DNA from: Antedon mediterranea
Taxonomy: Eukaryota; Animalia; Echinodermata
Length of the DNA stretch: 64,000 nt
NCBI RefSeq assembly: GCF_964355755.1
Contig: NC_092674.1
Coordinates: 26,164,001-26,228,000 of the forward strand
Reading direction: 5' to 3'
Under the pieces are notes generated by a model. That model was not told where the DNA came from. It was given only the letters and a program-made list of their open reading frames with translations, and searched no databases. This document shows, in pieces, positions 12,901-27,160 of this stretch. A program made the position numbers and the translations under genes. How positions within the stretch are numbered: position 1 is the stretch's first letter; every line of letters starts with the position of its first letter.

Positions 12901-15862
12901 GGGCGTGTGGCGCAGTGTGTTGGACGTTCGACTACTGATTGCGAGGTTCGAATCCAACTCTCGCCACATTGCTTGTATCCTTAGCCAAGATATTTTACTT
13001 ATGTTTGCCTCTCTCCACCCAGGTGTATAAATGGGAACCTGGTTAGATCAAGACATAACTTTGCGCTTATACTATAGCTGCATTATAGGAGTATGTTTCC
13101 ATACATATTTGATCAGGAAAAAATGACAGGGGTAATAATGTTCAGCACTCAGGTTTCACAACATTAGGCACTATATAAATTTGGGATATTATTATTATGT
13201 CAATTTTCCTATTTTACGTCTTTCATCATCAGTAAGAGTTTACAGCAAGATACTTAATATGATCGTTATTTGCAACTATACCACAAAATGTATTATTCAA
13301 TTTATTTTATTTTTTTTAGTGACAATGGTGTAGTTTATATTGGTTCTCACTCTCACAAGTTTCAAGCAGTTTTATTTGATACTGGGTTGCTGCTTTGGAC
13401 AAGAATGTTAGGGGACCGAATTGAATCCTCAGCCTGCCTTTCGAAGTGTGGAAATTATGTCATAGTTGGTGAGTACAATAATTAGATTATGGAGATATAT
13501 ACCTCTATGAATTTATTAGTTGTGTTAGGATTGAAAATTGTGTGAGTGAATTAATCGTGGAAGTTATAAGAAAAGATGGATGAAGAAAAAATGAACCAGT
13601 AAAGAGAACTTGGCATCTAGATGTTGGAGCGGAAGAGAATGGTCAAAGGTGGAAAGATATGGTACAAGATTGTTAACACAAATATCAGTTTGGAAGAAGT
13701 GGAGTATGTCTATAGTATAACACCATGGAGTGAGTGACAGTCAGTAACCACATGGAAGAAGAAAAAGAAAATTGACTTGAATAAAAGATTTGATAATAAT
13801 AATAATAATGTTCAATTTATATATTGCAAAATGCAGGGTGATAACATCTTTTGTTTTACCTTAGGATGCTATGATCATAATGTGTATGTGTTAAATGCGG
13901 AAAATGGTGGAATATTTTGGACATGGGAGACAGGTGGGCCAGTCAAAAGCTCACCTATTGTACACCTCCACACAGGCATTGTGTTTATTGGGTCACATGA
14001 CCAGTGTATTCACGCTCTTGATATAGAGGTAGATAAATATAATTTAGCTTTATTAAATAGTGCCTTTATTTGAATGCACTATATTCAATCTCAATATATT
14101 GTTCATTTAAATTAAATTTTTAATGTGAGTTCTAATTAGTGTATCTTAAATACTATGTCAATATAAGTTTATTTGTTGGAAGCTGGAGTTAGAGGGTCGA
14201 CAATTCCCATGGATATAGATATCTCTACTCTTGGCACTCCAGATCCAGGGGATCCAGGGGAGGGCCCCTTCCCCTAAATTTTTCAAATTGTAATGCAAAA
14301 GATAGGACATCAAATTAAGGTCAGTCCTTCATTTCACTGTTTTTAGGCACTGGGCCCCCTATTTCAAAATCCTGGAGCCACCACTGACAACACATTGTGT
14401 TCTTGTTTATTTTTATGTTATGTTTATTTCGTCTTGCTGAAAAGAATAAAATAAAGCTCTGTCTACAATATCATATTCTATGTGACAAACAAATTTGGTG
14501 CCCATAATAATGGACATGATGATGTCATATCACTACCATATTTGTGTATATCACTACCATATTTGGCCACATCACATTTTTTTTAGTTTCTAGTTTGATA
14601 GTGTAAACAGGGCTTAAGACTCATTGGTACATTAATCATCTTTTGAACTACTTTTGGTTTCAAGTAAATTTTAAGAGAAAGATCAATAGTTTCATCAAGG
14701 CCAAGTCATCAAAAATGAAACAAAAATGAACCATGTATTATATGTATATAAGCTGGGTTAAGTACATGAAATGAAATATATTGATTAAATGACATTTAGA
14801 CTAATTATGTTATTAGAAAATAAAGACCTAGATAAACATATGATTATTTTGTCATCAACAGAATAAAAACTGTTTATTTTCAACTCATTGCGGCGGAGGT
14901 TCAGTCTTTTCATCGCCTTGCATCGATGTCGCCATGGATACAGTTTACGTTGGTACATTAAATGGAAAACTAATGTCCATCAATTGTGTAAGAGAAATAT
15001 ATTAACCTTATTACTGCAGAAGAGCATCCCTATCAGTTAATGGTACAATCCATAAACCCCCATCATCAAGTGGAAACAACCCAACACACTACGCAATAGA
15101 CAGTCATACTGTAGATGTTTATACAGTAGAATACTTTTGTTTTTACATATATTTTCAGATATCTGGTAAAGTGAAATGGAAAAATAACATTGGCAAGCCA
15201 ATATTTTCATCACCATCGGTAACAAAAGAGGGTGTGGTTGTCGGGTGCGTTGATAATAATCTGTACCATATTAGCTCGTCAAATGAAATGGTAAATTGAA
15301 ACAATATATAAATGATATAAATATACATAAAATTAAAAAAATAGAAAATATAAAAGCATTTTAACCTTTAAGTATATAACAACCTACTAACTGTTATCAA
15401 GCCTAAACATATTGTTATTGGCTAAAAAAATAACTAAAAAATTGTAATCCACAGCTTTGGTCTTTCGAAACCAGTGCTCCAATATTTTCATCACCCTGTG
15501 TATCAAACACTCACCAATCAACCACTGAATTAACAGTAATTGGATCACATGACTCTTATATCTATTGCATTCATACATTGACGGGTAAAGAAGTTTGGAA
15601 GTTTAAAACGCCCTCACCTGTCTATGCGACACCATTTATATTTCAAAGTGATATTCTACAGAGCGAGGGCGGTAATAATCACTTTGTCGTTTGTTCTTGT
15701 ACTCAGGGTTTTATTTTCGTGCTTAGTTTATCAGGACAGTTGGTGTTATCGTGGGAACTGAATGGCGACATTTTCTCATCACCGATTGCTCATGATAACA
15801 ATATAATAGTAGGATGTAGGGACGATAATATTTATAATTTACAATTTGTGAATGACAATTAA
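6974..15862 (+). CDS. AASDH: Beta-alanine-activating enzyme (AASDH/ACSF4), NRPS-like A-T-PQQ protein. Approximate exons: 6974-7203, 7647-7752, 7984-8198, 8680-8869, 8974-9221, 9356-9450, 9869-10041, 10515-10820, 12157-12875, 13320-13468, 13865-14028, 14862-14987, 15159-15290, 15455-15862
   Basis: Adenylation motifs YAMHTSGSTGTPK, LGGE, NIYGITE, ATGD, GRKDHQIKRNGQRINL and LPMTKHGKVD. Carrier motif LGGDSF at ~12208-12225. PQQ/BamB-like repeats (WKYDTAKCIDASP, YIGSHS, GGPVKSSP, IFSSP). GT-AG junctions join in frame. Confidence 0.92.
7824..7949. mobile_element. PIF/Harbinger-type MITE family; further copies at ~8205-8395, ~10875-11005, ~11760-12021, 14455-14614, ~55857-56020 and ~60126-60240
   Basis: TIR AG(C/T)CCTGTCTACACTATCAAAC. 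TAA target duplication on both sides at 7824-7949 and 14455-14614. Internal 21-bp unit CATATTTGGGCATATCACTAC. Confidence 0.8.
9510..9722 (-). mobile_element. Second tRNA-derived SINE family, minus strand
   Basis: The reverse complement shows A-box TAGCTTGGTGG, B-box GGTTCAATCC and an A-rich tail at the left end. Confidence 0.5.
12901..13197 (+). mobile_element. tRNA-derived SINE (same family as 3401-3672)
   Basis: A box TGGCGCAGTGTG, B box GGTTCGAATCC, CORE-like CCTCTCTCCACCCAGGTGTATAAATGGG and a (TTA)n tail. Confidence 0.8.
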
Positions 15863-16667
15863 GCCACTGTTTGGAGACATTTCAGCAAACGTCATTGTTC
15901 CTTTAGTGACACTATAATAATATATGTACACTAATATAAGTCATAATTTTTAGACTTGAAGATAAATATATGAATTTATACCAGTAAATTACAGTAGTTT
16001 AGTTATTTTAATAAAAATTATTAATTATTGAGTCTGTCTTTGGTCTCTTGTGCGAATTCGTTAGTTGAGGCCTTTTCAATTATTTTTAAAGTAATTAAAC
16101 AGATTTGGTTTTATATATAAATATATAGTCATAACAACAAAATATATATATTCATGTTCAAGATATGCATAATTTATACAAAAATTATGACATGGCATTT
16201 AGTATAGCCATATATGTACAGTATTAATCAAGAGAAAATGAAGGAGTTATTGTAATGCTTTTCAACAGCAAACTATCCAAAACTGTAGATAAAAAATCTT
16301 TATTTTTATTATAAATGTATTGCCATTTTTACATTTAAGCTGGTAAAACTCATAAAACATCTCAACAATATGCACCTCTAAATTAATTATTTCAAAAAAA
16401 TCGACAAACTATACTATTATTTTATAATTTAAAACAAATCAATTTTAGTAACATTACCAATAAAATGTAAATCATTAAAGTAAAAAAGGAGTTTTATCAA
16501 CTTTGGATGGAATGCCTATAACATTGTTTTATAAACTCAAGTCTGTTTATCTATTCACACTGATGATAGAGGGTTCAGGGTCCCCCTGTAGTAGCATGCT
16601 ATCGACAAGGAATTTGTACAATTTTGTACATATAGGGACCATATCAAAGGAATTCTACAACAGTATA

Positions 16668-16844
16668 CAGTCAACTCTCTCAATACCGGACTCTCTAAAA
16701 ACCGGAAAATCTCCCAATAATAGACTTTTCTTGAAGTCCAAAAGGTCCAAAATTCATTAAAAACACATTCTGAATACCAGACTTTCTGGAAAACCGGACA
16801 TATTTGGCCAGCCTAAATGTGTCTGGTATTGGGAGAGTTGACTG
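16668..16844. mobile_element. Tc1/mariner-pogo (Tigger-like) MITE
   Basis: TIRs CAGTCAACTCTCTCAATACC and GGTATTGGGAGAGTTGACTG, flanked by TA on both sides. Confidence 0.85.
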
Positions 16845-19056
16845 TACTACATTTTGTTTTAACCTATTTTACAATATTTAGTAAGATGTTCGTGGTAATC
16901 ATACACATTGTTTATTAATATTATAGCGACTTCCTAAAACTTCTACATAAACAAAGTAAAATCTTACATTACTGCAGTAAAATATTTAGTTACTGCAGTA
17001 CTGCACAGTAGAATAATTCTGACATGATCCCTTTACACATGTTAATTTAAAGAATAACCCTCCTAATAGTGAAAACATTTTCTTCTGCCTTCTATTAGTA
17101 TGGTAAAATAAAAGTATATATAATAACCCTCCTGCTGACATTGTGAATTGTAAAATTTCATAAACAATTTGAAAAGAATGTGTTGCACACAACATTCAAG
17201 CATTACACCAAGGTGATTACACAGAATAGCATAACCTGTAAAAATGGTATTCTATAAACAAATAAATCCTTGGTGCTTATGTTTTTTGCGCTGCTGCAAG
17301 CACAAACAAATTCACACTCATGTAAAGATTACATAGAGATTATAGTATACAGCATTTTACAGCAGCCTGTGATAGTTTGTAGAGCATTATACAGTAGCAT
17401 CTACGCTTTCACAAGTTTTAAGGAAGATATAATAATAATATAAAGTTAAACAATACTTCAGTGTGAAACAGCACTTGTAGATTTGGAAAGACGATATCAG
17501 CACAGTTCAGTTGACCGAACATATTTTTTTCTATCGGCACAGTTCGCCATGCTGATATTTAGTATGGTTGTGTGCGAAAAACATTGTTTGACCATGCGTC
17601 TGATTCCTTGCTCGTTATTTCTGCACAGGGAACAGGCGCACAGGTTGACATTAGACGCTGTCTGTGCAGATAGAAAATATTGATTTACACGCACAGTTAA
17701 CTGTGCCAATAGTCGCTTCCAAATCATGCATTTAAAAAAAAAACAGATTCAAGAAATTTAACTAAAGAAATCTAGTTTTTTCCTCCATTTTAGGCATAGA
17801 TAAATTCTGGAAAAAACATATTTTCAAGATATATATGTATTTAAAACCCTGTATGTATAGCACACACCCTGAAATAATATCAACCTCACAGGGTTAGCAC
17901 CGATTAGACCAATTGGTATTTTAAAATAAAAAATATATATCTATAATATTATGGTATATAAAATGTAATCGTTCTAACTAAATGGCATAAGATGATCTCA
18001 GATTAAAAAATACCTCATCGATTATTAGTCCCAGAAAATAAAATTTTCCCTAGATTTCAAGTAACCATTTATAACTCGCTCACAATACATTGATAAACTC
18101 CAAGTGTACAAACATAAATATTACAATAAAAGAATTTCAGATTGAAAATATTATTAGAAAGTAGGAAATATATTTTAAAAATTTATTTTTTAAGTACAAT
18201 ACCTCATATTAAGACAAAGGGACTAACATAGCATAGGCTGGTTTTGCAATATGTAACATTTGTTGCTTATAAATTGCAACACTAAATACCACCATTTTAT
18301 ATAGTAATTAATTAATTACTTTATAAAATCGTAGAAACACCACAAAAACAAAGAAAATACAAGGTTATTTTTATGAATTTGTTGTAGTAAATTACATGAA
18401 ACAATGATTTTAAAAACACATACTGCTTATTCAAAAATATTTTTTTATATAATTTTCTCTTCATAGCTTTTCTTTTACAGTTGATTTCTAACATATGAAA
18501 TCTTTGGAAAAAATTTTAAAATATTCAATATATTTATATATAAATAAAATTTGTAATTAAAACCATGGTAAATATATATCTTTGATTGTATTTCAAAGTT
18601 CTTTGTTCGATTCCAGAATTTTTTTTAAATGTAATAAAATGTATTAGAATTTGTAGAAAGATCTTTAACATCACAGGGTTCTTTCTAAATTCCACTTGAT
18701 TTTTTTTACTGTATCTTCATATATGGCATTTGTCTAGTATCATAGTATATAGGCACATTCTCTATACACCGTCACATATATGTGGTGCCTATATGTTAAG
18801 GTTGGCTTATTCATCCATCACATGTGATACACATATGACACCGTATTACAGAATTTGCTAGATAATGGACAAGTGATAGATGCAGTAATGAAAATTCACT
18901 AATGTGATAGTTAATTAAATTTCCGATGTATTAGTATCTTTCTTAGTACTAAATGCACTAATTGAGTTGTTTAATTTTCATATTTCTCAGAAGTAAATGC
19001 ATTGGAGTTGTTTAATCTTCTATAGTACCTTTCTCAGAAGTAATTCAGTGATTATT

Positions 19057-22000
19057 TCATAACCTACTTAAAGCCTCATATGAGGCTAGTTCAGAGCCTG
19101 GTGCCTTACGTGTCAAGGTGTTATTTCCCAGTGAATTATCTACATCGACTTGAAGTCCTGCATTATCCACACCCTCCTTCTCCTTCCTCTGTGAACCACC
19201 CCTTAAAAGCACATTGGTATCACCCGAAGATGAGTCTGTAAGCTCTGAGAATGCATCACTCTGCCTGTTCAATTGTGGAACGGGTAAAATGATATCTTTC
19301 ACTGTTGGGTCTTGATTGTTAGATGATGCTATTGGTGGTGGTGGAGGAGGGAATGGTACACTGAATGTACGAGAAGACGGCCGACTGAATTCATGGATGC
19401 TTGCAGTTTCAGAACCGTCTACCTCACTCCCAGCACGAACTACCCCTAGAGCAAAATGAATCAATCCATGTTAAATCCACTATAAATCGCATGCATGGAA
19501 ATTAATCTAGAATCTAAATAAAGAACTATATTCATTTTTTTATTTTTATGGTGCATATTATACGGTAGAAACCCTTTTAAAGGGATAACTTCCGATATAT
19601 CTTAGCAATATATTAAATAATCAATATATTCAATGATCAATATATTCAATAATCAATATATTCAATAATCAATAAATCCAATAATCAATAAATCCAATAA
19701 TCAATAAGTCCAATAATCAATCAATCCAATAATCAATATATCCAATAATCAATGTAAACCAATATGTACCTTCTAGTTGTGGAAGTTTCCATTCCGGAAT
19801 GCTACTCATTCCAAATTGTTCAGTGGCTTTAGTACCTGGAGTAGTGGGTTCATTGACCTCTGCCGCAACTACCACACCACCTTCACCATCACTGGACATA
19901 ACCTCTCCATTAGGTTGTGTTTCGTCATCATACATAAATGCACCATTGTTATAATAGTAATAGTTGTTCGTTATCGCGAATAAGCTACATCGAGTTTCGT
20001 AATCCCCGACATTTGCGTAAATACTCTTAGGTCGTGGGATGATTGTCGTCGTAAGGTTCATATCGGAAAGTTTAGTCAAATGCTCAGTCTGGAAGCTAAT
20101 GTCTTTATCACGTTTTTTACATCGGTTTTTACACGATTGGCAGAGACAAGCGCACATGGCAAGGATAATAACGAAGCCTAATATTCCACCAGCTATGATA
20201 TAGATAAGACGTCGCTGATCTTCGATGCTTAAACCATCGTCATCTGAAGTGTCATTAGGTTCAAGAGGTTCCACCAGTACCACACTGTAATCAACATTTT
20301 TAAACCTGATTATCAAAGGTTCTTCATCAGATGCCATCTCCAGCATCTCACTACCTTTATCATCTCCGGTTTTATCAGAGAACGTAAATTCCACAATGAT
20401 GGAGCCACACGCAATATCATCAACCTTAAGTTGCTTCCTATCAACTCTAGTTCTTTTTACAATTGCGTCCACACACGCTTCTTTAAATGTGTATTCATCT
20501 CGCGTTACTTCATTGCAATCTCCGTCCATCTTCATTGTAAATTTGAAATCTTCCGCAGCTTGTGTTGTACCAGGCGGTCTAACTGTCGTTTGTTTTGGAG
20601 ACGTTGCAAGCGTTGGACCTGCTTGTGTACTTGAGGGGGCTATTGTAGTTGATACTGGAATGTTTAAAGTGGTTGAATCAACTGGGGATGACGTTAATGA
20701 ACCATGTGTAACTGATGACATAGTAGTATCTGGTGTGCTTTTGACATGATCAGTTGTCTCCACACGGTCAGTCATCAAATTTGTCAGCCATGATTTTGAC
20801 TCTGTAGTAACTGGTTCTAAATAAACTTCAGTTACTGTATAATTACTGTCTACATCAGTTGCATATACCAATGTAGAAGATGGTTCATCTGTTGTATTGA
20901 GAATGGCATCTGTTGCACTATATTCTGATGTATTACCTTGTGATGTCATCATTGTTTGTGTAGTTTCATTCTGTGAAATCATTCCTTCTTGTGTTGTCAT
21001 CACTTCTTGTGTTGTCATCACTTTTTGTGTTGTAATCCCTTCTTGTGTTGTCATCACTTTTTGTGATGTAATCCCTTCTTGTGTTGTCGTTCCTTCTTGT
21101 GTTGTCATTCCTTGTCGTGTTGTAATCTCTTCAGGTGACATAGTCTCATTTTGTGACATCATTTTATCTTGTGTCGATGTCATCATATTTTGTGACATCA
21201 TATCTTGTGATGTCATACTATCGGTCACATTATATACATTTTCGTCCTCTGTAATACTTGAAGTTAATGTTTGCGTATTGGGTTGATATGTGGTCATAGA
21301 AGTAAAATCTAAAAAAATAAAACAAAGAAATTATATATTAGGCCTATTACGATTTTCCGTATTTGCTGTTAGAATGATTCAAGTTCATTAAAGACGAAGG
21401 TGCTTTAACCTGTGAACTCTGACCTCACTATTACTATAAAGGACTATATGAACTCACCTGTAAAACATTTAAAATGCATACTTGAAAAATTGCTTTCTAA
21501 TGTAATTTAATAAATATCACTGCAAAATATCTTCACTTAAATTAATGTTTATTCTACACAATTGGATTTCATAAATTTATAAAGTTGATTGAGAATCAAA
21601 AGCAGTAACTTTAACTTTTCGTATCGTACCTCCCTCTGGAGAGCATGGGCTATTGTCAGTTTACCGAGGTAAGCTAGGCACGAAATAGACTTATACATTA
21701 TATATTATGGCATTTATAATATAAAACATATTTTTTTAAATAGCAGTTGAATGCAAATAAATCAGTTGCATTACTTGTATATACACCTCACATAGTAAGT
21801 ACTAATTTTGTCGATAACCATTGCTAATGGATGGTAATTTATATATTTTAATGAATAAAAAGCTTGTTGAATGATGATTCTAATTACATGAAATGTCACA
21901 AAGAATATAAATCATTTATGGACAGAGAATAAAAACATAGAAATGTTATCAAAACATTTAAACAACATATAACAAACAATGTTATGCTCAAGACATATTG

Positions 22001-22527
22001 CAGTTGTTTTAAAAAATAGTAAAATAGATTAAAACATCAGTATGGCTTCCTTCTCTTTATTTAGAGAGTAAACCACTTTATATTGTAGTTCATATTCTAA
22101 TAAATGAGGTCTCATAAAGAAAAATACATTTCTTTATATCATACTTCTGATGTGACTTGCATTCTAAAACCAATTTGATTCATTTTAACAACTTTTATTC
22201 ATATTTTTATGTATTTTTACAATTCAATATCTATACATATGGCGTCTTTACCAGTACCAGTTTAAAAAATTGAAAAATTATGCAATTTCACATGCTTGTC
22301 TGGCAGGAACGCACATTAATCTGTGAACTCTGACCCCCAACATTCAAATGAATTGTACATGAACTTACCTGTAGCATTTACACCCATCACATAATCTGTG
22401 AAATCTGACCCCAACATTCAAATGAATTGTAGGCCTACATGAACTTACCTGTAGCATTTACACCCAAACGCCTGTTGCTTATTGACTGAAGTAATGCGAA
22501 CATCACAGAAACATAAGAAAACTTCAT
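19057..22527 (-). CDS. Type-I transmembrane mucin-like protein with SEA-like domain; exons 22527-22449, 21308-19770 and 19445-19057
   Basis: Signal-peptide-like exon MKFSYVSVMFALLQSIS ending at a GTAAGT donor (phase 1). Thr/Ser-rich stalk with TTQEG(M/I) hexad repeats, then the module ...DDIACGSIIVEFTF, TM helix LIYIIAGGILGFVIILAM and a cytoplasmic tail ending LSRL. Both junctions are phase 1. Confidence 0.8.
19612..19755. repeat. ~15-17-bp minisatellite (CAATAATCAATATATT) in the last intron of the mucin gene
   Basis: Tandem copies are directly visible. Confidence 0.8.
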
Positions 22528-25500
22528 GGTTATGTTTTGTATATATTATACCTGTAAAAATAAATAGAAATATTAAAAATGCTTAAACATCAAATGGATT
22601 GATTAAGTAACAAAACTTATGGGATGGTAAACCTGGAAAAATGGCTAATCTGAAGAAAGCTGTAGCAATGAAAAAACCAGAATACAGTCTAGGAAAAAAA
22701 AAAACTAAGAATGTTTGACACAAAGAGATTATCACCATTATAACTCAACATTCAATTTAGTAAAAGTCTGACAGGCTGGAAAAATGTCCCAGAAAGTGGC
22801 CGTATTGGCCATTTAATTTTTCACAGATATTTCATAATAATATTGTACTAGTAAAAATAAATTTGCTTAATAACAACACAAACTGGCCCGGCCCGGTTTG
22901 TCCTATTATAACAAATTGTATATTTAATTTTCATAGGAAAAACAACTAACTATACATCTGTATACAATACGAGTATCCAACCATCAACCAAGATTTTTGA
23001 TCTCTATAGAAAGATCTGTGTGGGTGGTGTCTATCTACCATGTGGCTACAGATGGCTGATACACCACTGCATGTACTTTGAGGTTAATTTAGTCATGGAG
23101 GTTTATACCTCCATAATTTAGTATAAGGCTATTAAAGAATTATTATTAACTGAAAAAAAAACTGGGTCTGTGTTTAGTAGTGTATCTGAATATGCAGGTG
23201 CCAAGATTCCTATTTTATGGATAAAGAAACTCTGGCTTCTGATATTAACAGGATTATGACCCCTTCATTAGAAGGATACCAGCTTATAAAATACATCTGA
23301 ACTTGCTTTTGTCATGGAGTTCCGCAAAACTTGGAAATCTAGCTAAGCTGATGTCTGATTGATGAAGATGGTCGACTGCGGTCGATATATGATGCTTAGA
23401 AGAAGGGATCCAAATAATTTTCCATTAGAAAATATAAAAATACTATAGTCTTTATTACAACATATGATAACAATTTATGCTTAAAATTGCTATTCTGATG
23501 ACAAAATAAACTGTATAATAAGGACATAATTTATACAAATTATAAATTACAGGTTGCTTACATAAAAACAACATTTTCATTTTTGACAAATTACATGTAC
23601 TGCATAATAACAAGATATTACCTGTATTAAAGTTCAACCAACTATCTCATTCCAGTAGTGTCTACAACCACATAGAGATCACTAATAAAAGTCTCTAATC
23701 ACCTCCTAAATAGAATATAAAACCAACAAAATGTATTGTTAAATCTCCAAATCACTGTCATCGGTACAAACAACAGATAGATTTACGATCAAGTATAAAC
23801 CCCCAATCAAAAGTTATTTATTAATAAATATTGCAAACTGATGTTCAGACAACAACAGAACAACAATTCTCTTTGTCCCGTTTCTGTCGCATTAGTCGGT
23901 TTCAGTATTGATGTTTCTTTGTTTGTGACATAACTAGGGCCCCAACTGGACAGCCTAGTGCTATAATTAAAAACACAATAGATTTAATTTAATGAGCGAT
24001 TATTAGGGCAATTAAGCATGCGTCCAACATTCGGGAAATGGTATAGACTAAAGATTAATACTTTATGCTATTCCAGGAAACTTTATGTGAATCCGGTCAG
24101 ATCAATTGATTTATTTTCAAAAGGAACATACATAAAACATGTATTATGATTACAAAGTGAGGAAAATATTAATTAAATGCTTAGATATAACATAATCAAA
24201 CACGTTTATGAAGTATCTAAAAAAATAGAGTTCAGAAGAAAATGTATTGTAAAATAAGAATACATAGTTTGTTCAAATATAATAATCAAAATTCTTTACT
24301 GGAAACCCATATAATATAAACCTTCTAAATCTGTTAAAGGGCCTGTTCAGGTCAGCTGTGCTGTAGTACAGCTGTTAGATCTACCTATTATAAAATAAAC
24401 AAATAAAATAGTGGCCTGAATTATATATATACAAAAAAAACAGTACTACAAAATACTGTAATTGTTTTCAATTAAAATCTGTGTTTAGTTAAATTCAGAG
24501 AGATGTAAAAATAATAGTTGGTTATAGGTAAATAAATAAATATGGCTTACTGTATATTAGCCATATAACAATTTTTATTGGATCAAAACCCTAATTTTCG
24601 ATTAATAACCAGGCAGAGAGTTATAAATAGATAATGCTAAATATCTTTTCATCTATGAAAGATAATAAATTAATTATTAAAAAATGAATAAATATATAAA
24701 TAAAAATAAACTATTTACATAAACCAAGAATAATGAACAAACAGATGTAATCAATATATACAATTTCATTGAAAAATGAATATTTAATCAAATATATAAA
24801 CCAATGCTTGAAAAAAATAAATACAACATTTTTCATTTTCAAAACGTTTAAAAAACAAGTATAAAATTGGTATTCACGTACAAGGTAACATGTTTACGTC
24901 ATGAGGTGGTTTCCCGAATAATCGTATAATTATTTAAAATTTAGTATTTTAACTTTGGTTGGCATTTGGTTAAATATCACATTTTATGGATAAATGTACA
25001 TTTTTATGTTTTAAATACCGTTTTGTCATTTTCTTTCCTTAACTGGAAATATAATACAACGATAGGGTTATAGATCAACCCACCACATTTTTGTTCACTG
25101 ACAAACTTAGCCCATTTTGGCTACCATAACTGGGATTTATATTAGGGAATCTGCAAAGAACAATAGTAAATATTGGTATGCATTTTTTTAACAAATAATA
25201 ATGGGTTACCGTAACTGCGGTTTATAATACAGTCTGTACAGAATACTCAATAATGATATGCGTTTTTAAAACAAATACTAAAAAAAAATAATTTTTGCTA
25301 CATACTGTCATTTCAAAATAAGTAAAAAATACCTGAACTACAAATAGATTTAAAAGAAGGTTTATGACATGATTGTTATCCAGACTTTTTCAAAAATTAT
25401 TGCAACAGTACAACACTATTCAATTAATGATTACATAGATGCATCTGAAACTGGTAAATAATTAATTAATCACCAATTACTTTGCTGAATGGATCACTAT

Positions 25501-26874
25501 AAATCATAAAGCGCTCTATATTGAAACACATTTGCAATAATTGAAAGTTATCATTTATCCAAAGCAGGTAAGCGTTTGACTTCTGATGACAACGCCGCAA
25601 TAAATCAAAACAACAAGAAAAGCATGTCAATTAATTCTGTAAATTCACACCTGAACTGAAGTGTTCTGATTTTAAAAGGTCACAAATTTATATTGCATTT
25701 TGTATCAATTTTTATGATGCAATTAGTAAGCAGATACCTGAAGAAGATTTTGTTGCAATTACAGTATGAAGTTGTTCACACGTATGGCGTAAAGCCACAC
25801 GAGCATTACGCCGTATGTGTGAACGTTCCCTAATGGCATGATTGTACTGTACCAATTCATCAATATAGAATTTTAAAAATCGCAAGTTGTTCTCTGTCTG
25901 CTCATCACATACTGTTTCTGCAGCGAAACAAATAACTGATTTATAAACAGTGGGAATAAATTACCATCATTGGAAGCAGAATCAGGAATCAAATAAAAAC
26001 CAGTTCTAGTATTCTCATTAACGGTTAAAACAACCAACCAGCATTTGACCAGTTATTGTCGCCACTCAAAATAACTGATCGTCGTTTCACCATAAGTAGC
26101 ATCTTGAACTTATTGAGTGCATTGCATTTTGGGTAATGTTAACATTTTCATTAATAACACTGGGAGAACAAACTTAGCATTTTATAACCAATATAAAATT
26201 TAATTTTTTTAATTCACTAGTTCTAGATTCAAGAGATTGTATTAGTCCACTTTAAATGGAAATTCATTTTGCTTGACATAATTAAGACAATAAAAAAAGA
26301 AAGAAAGAGAAATACATCAAGCACTATAGGCCAATGCTAAAATACTGATATTATTAGCAATATGCAGCAGAAACAGGCCTCAGTCTCGCTATAACTAATT
26401 ACCTCTTTAATTATCAATAAACTACTCTTCCCCTTCCCAGTTAACCTTAATTGTTAGTGGTAATTAAAACTCTGGGTCTCCTTATTTTCTTGAAATGCTA
26501 TATTTGCAAAGAATATCACAAACTCAAGTTGAGAATGAAACGCCAGCTGAGAATGAAACCTGATAGGTTTCGAAACGTACTGTAAGTTAGCTTACGGTAT
26601 ATTATTTTTTTGGGTTGTTCTAAAAGAAATTCTATTTAATATCATTTCTACACAGTTTTCTACATGCCCTCAATTGAAATTACAGTTTAATTTCAAATAT
26701 TAATCAAAACCTAATTATGTAAATTTAGTTTGTTTAACCTTAAATAAACTGGCCTTATAACATAATTTAATTGTGGCCGGAAACTAATATCATTATAGTA
26801 CTGTGATTTATCAATCCAAATTGACAATAACATCAAGTACTCAACAAGATGAAATTTGTATCCAAACCTAAAAG

Positions 26875-27160
26875 ATGAAATTCTGTTCACACAAGATCAA
26901 ATTTGGTGCCCATTTCATTCCCTACATCATAATTTGACAGTAGAGTATAACCAAGAAACCATGAAAATAAAATCTACTAACATTTTGTTCCAATAAAATA
27001 ATATTTTATTTCCTAAATCATAATTTGACAGTAGACTGGAACAAAGAAACTTTGAAAATAAAATCTTACTAAAATTTGGTTCCCATAAAATGAAATTTCA
27101 TTTCCTACATCATAATTTGACAGTAAACTTCAACAAAGAAACTGTGGAAATAAAATCTCA
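26875..27160. repeat. ~91-bp tandem repeat, about 3 copies
   Basis: ATCATAATTTGACAGTA..AAGAAAC..AAATAAAATCT recurs at ~26926, ~27017 and ~27109. Confidence 0.75.

Noticed and set aside
19057-19068. C-terminal SRL as a peroxisomal targeting signal
   Set aside because: The protein has a signal peptide and a TM helix, so PTS1 import is implausible; a PDZ ligand fits better.
19717-19769. Hydrophobic C-terminus (TYWFTLIIGYIDYWID) of the 526-aa ORF as a second TM segment
   Set aside because: It is read-through past the donor at 19770 into an intronic minisatellite; the spliced exon 19445-19057 continues the frame.
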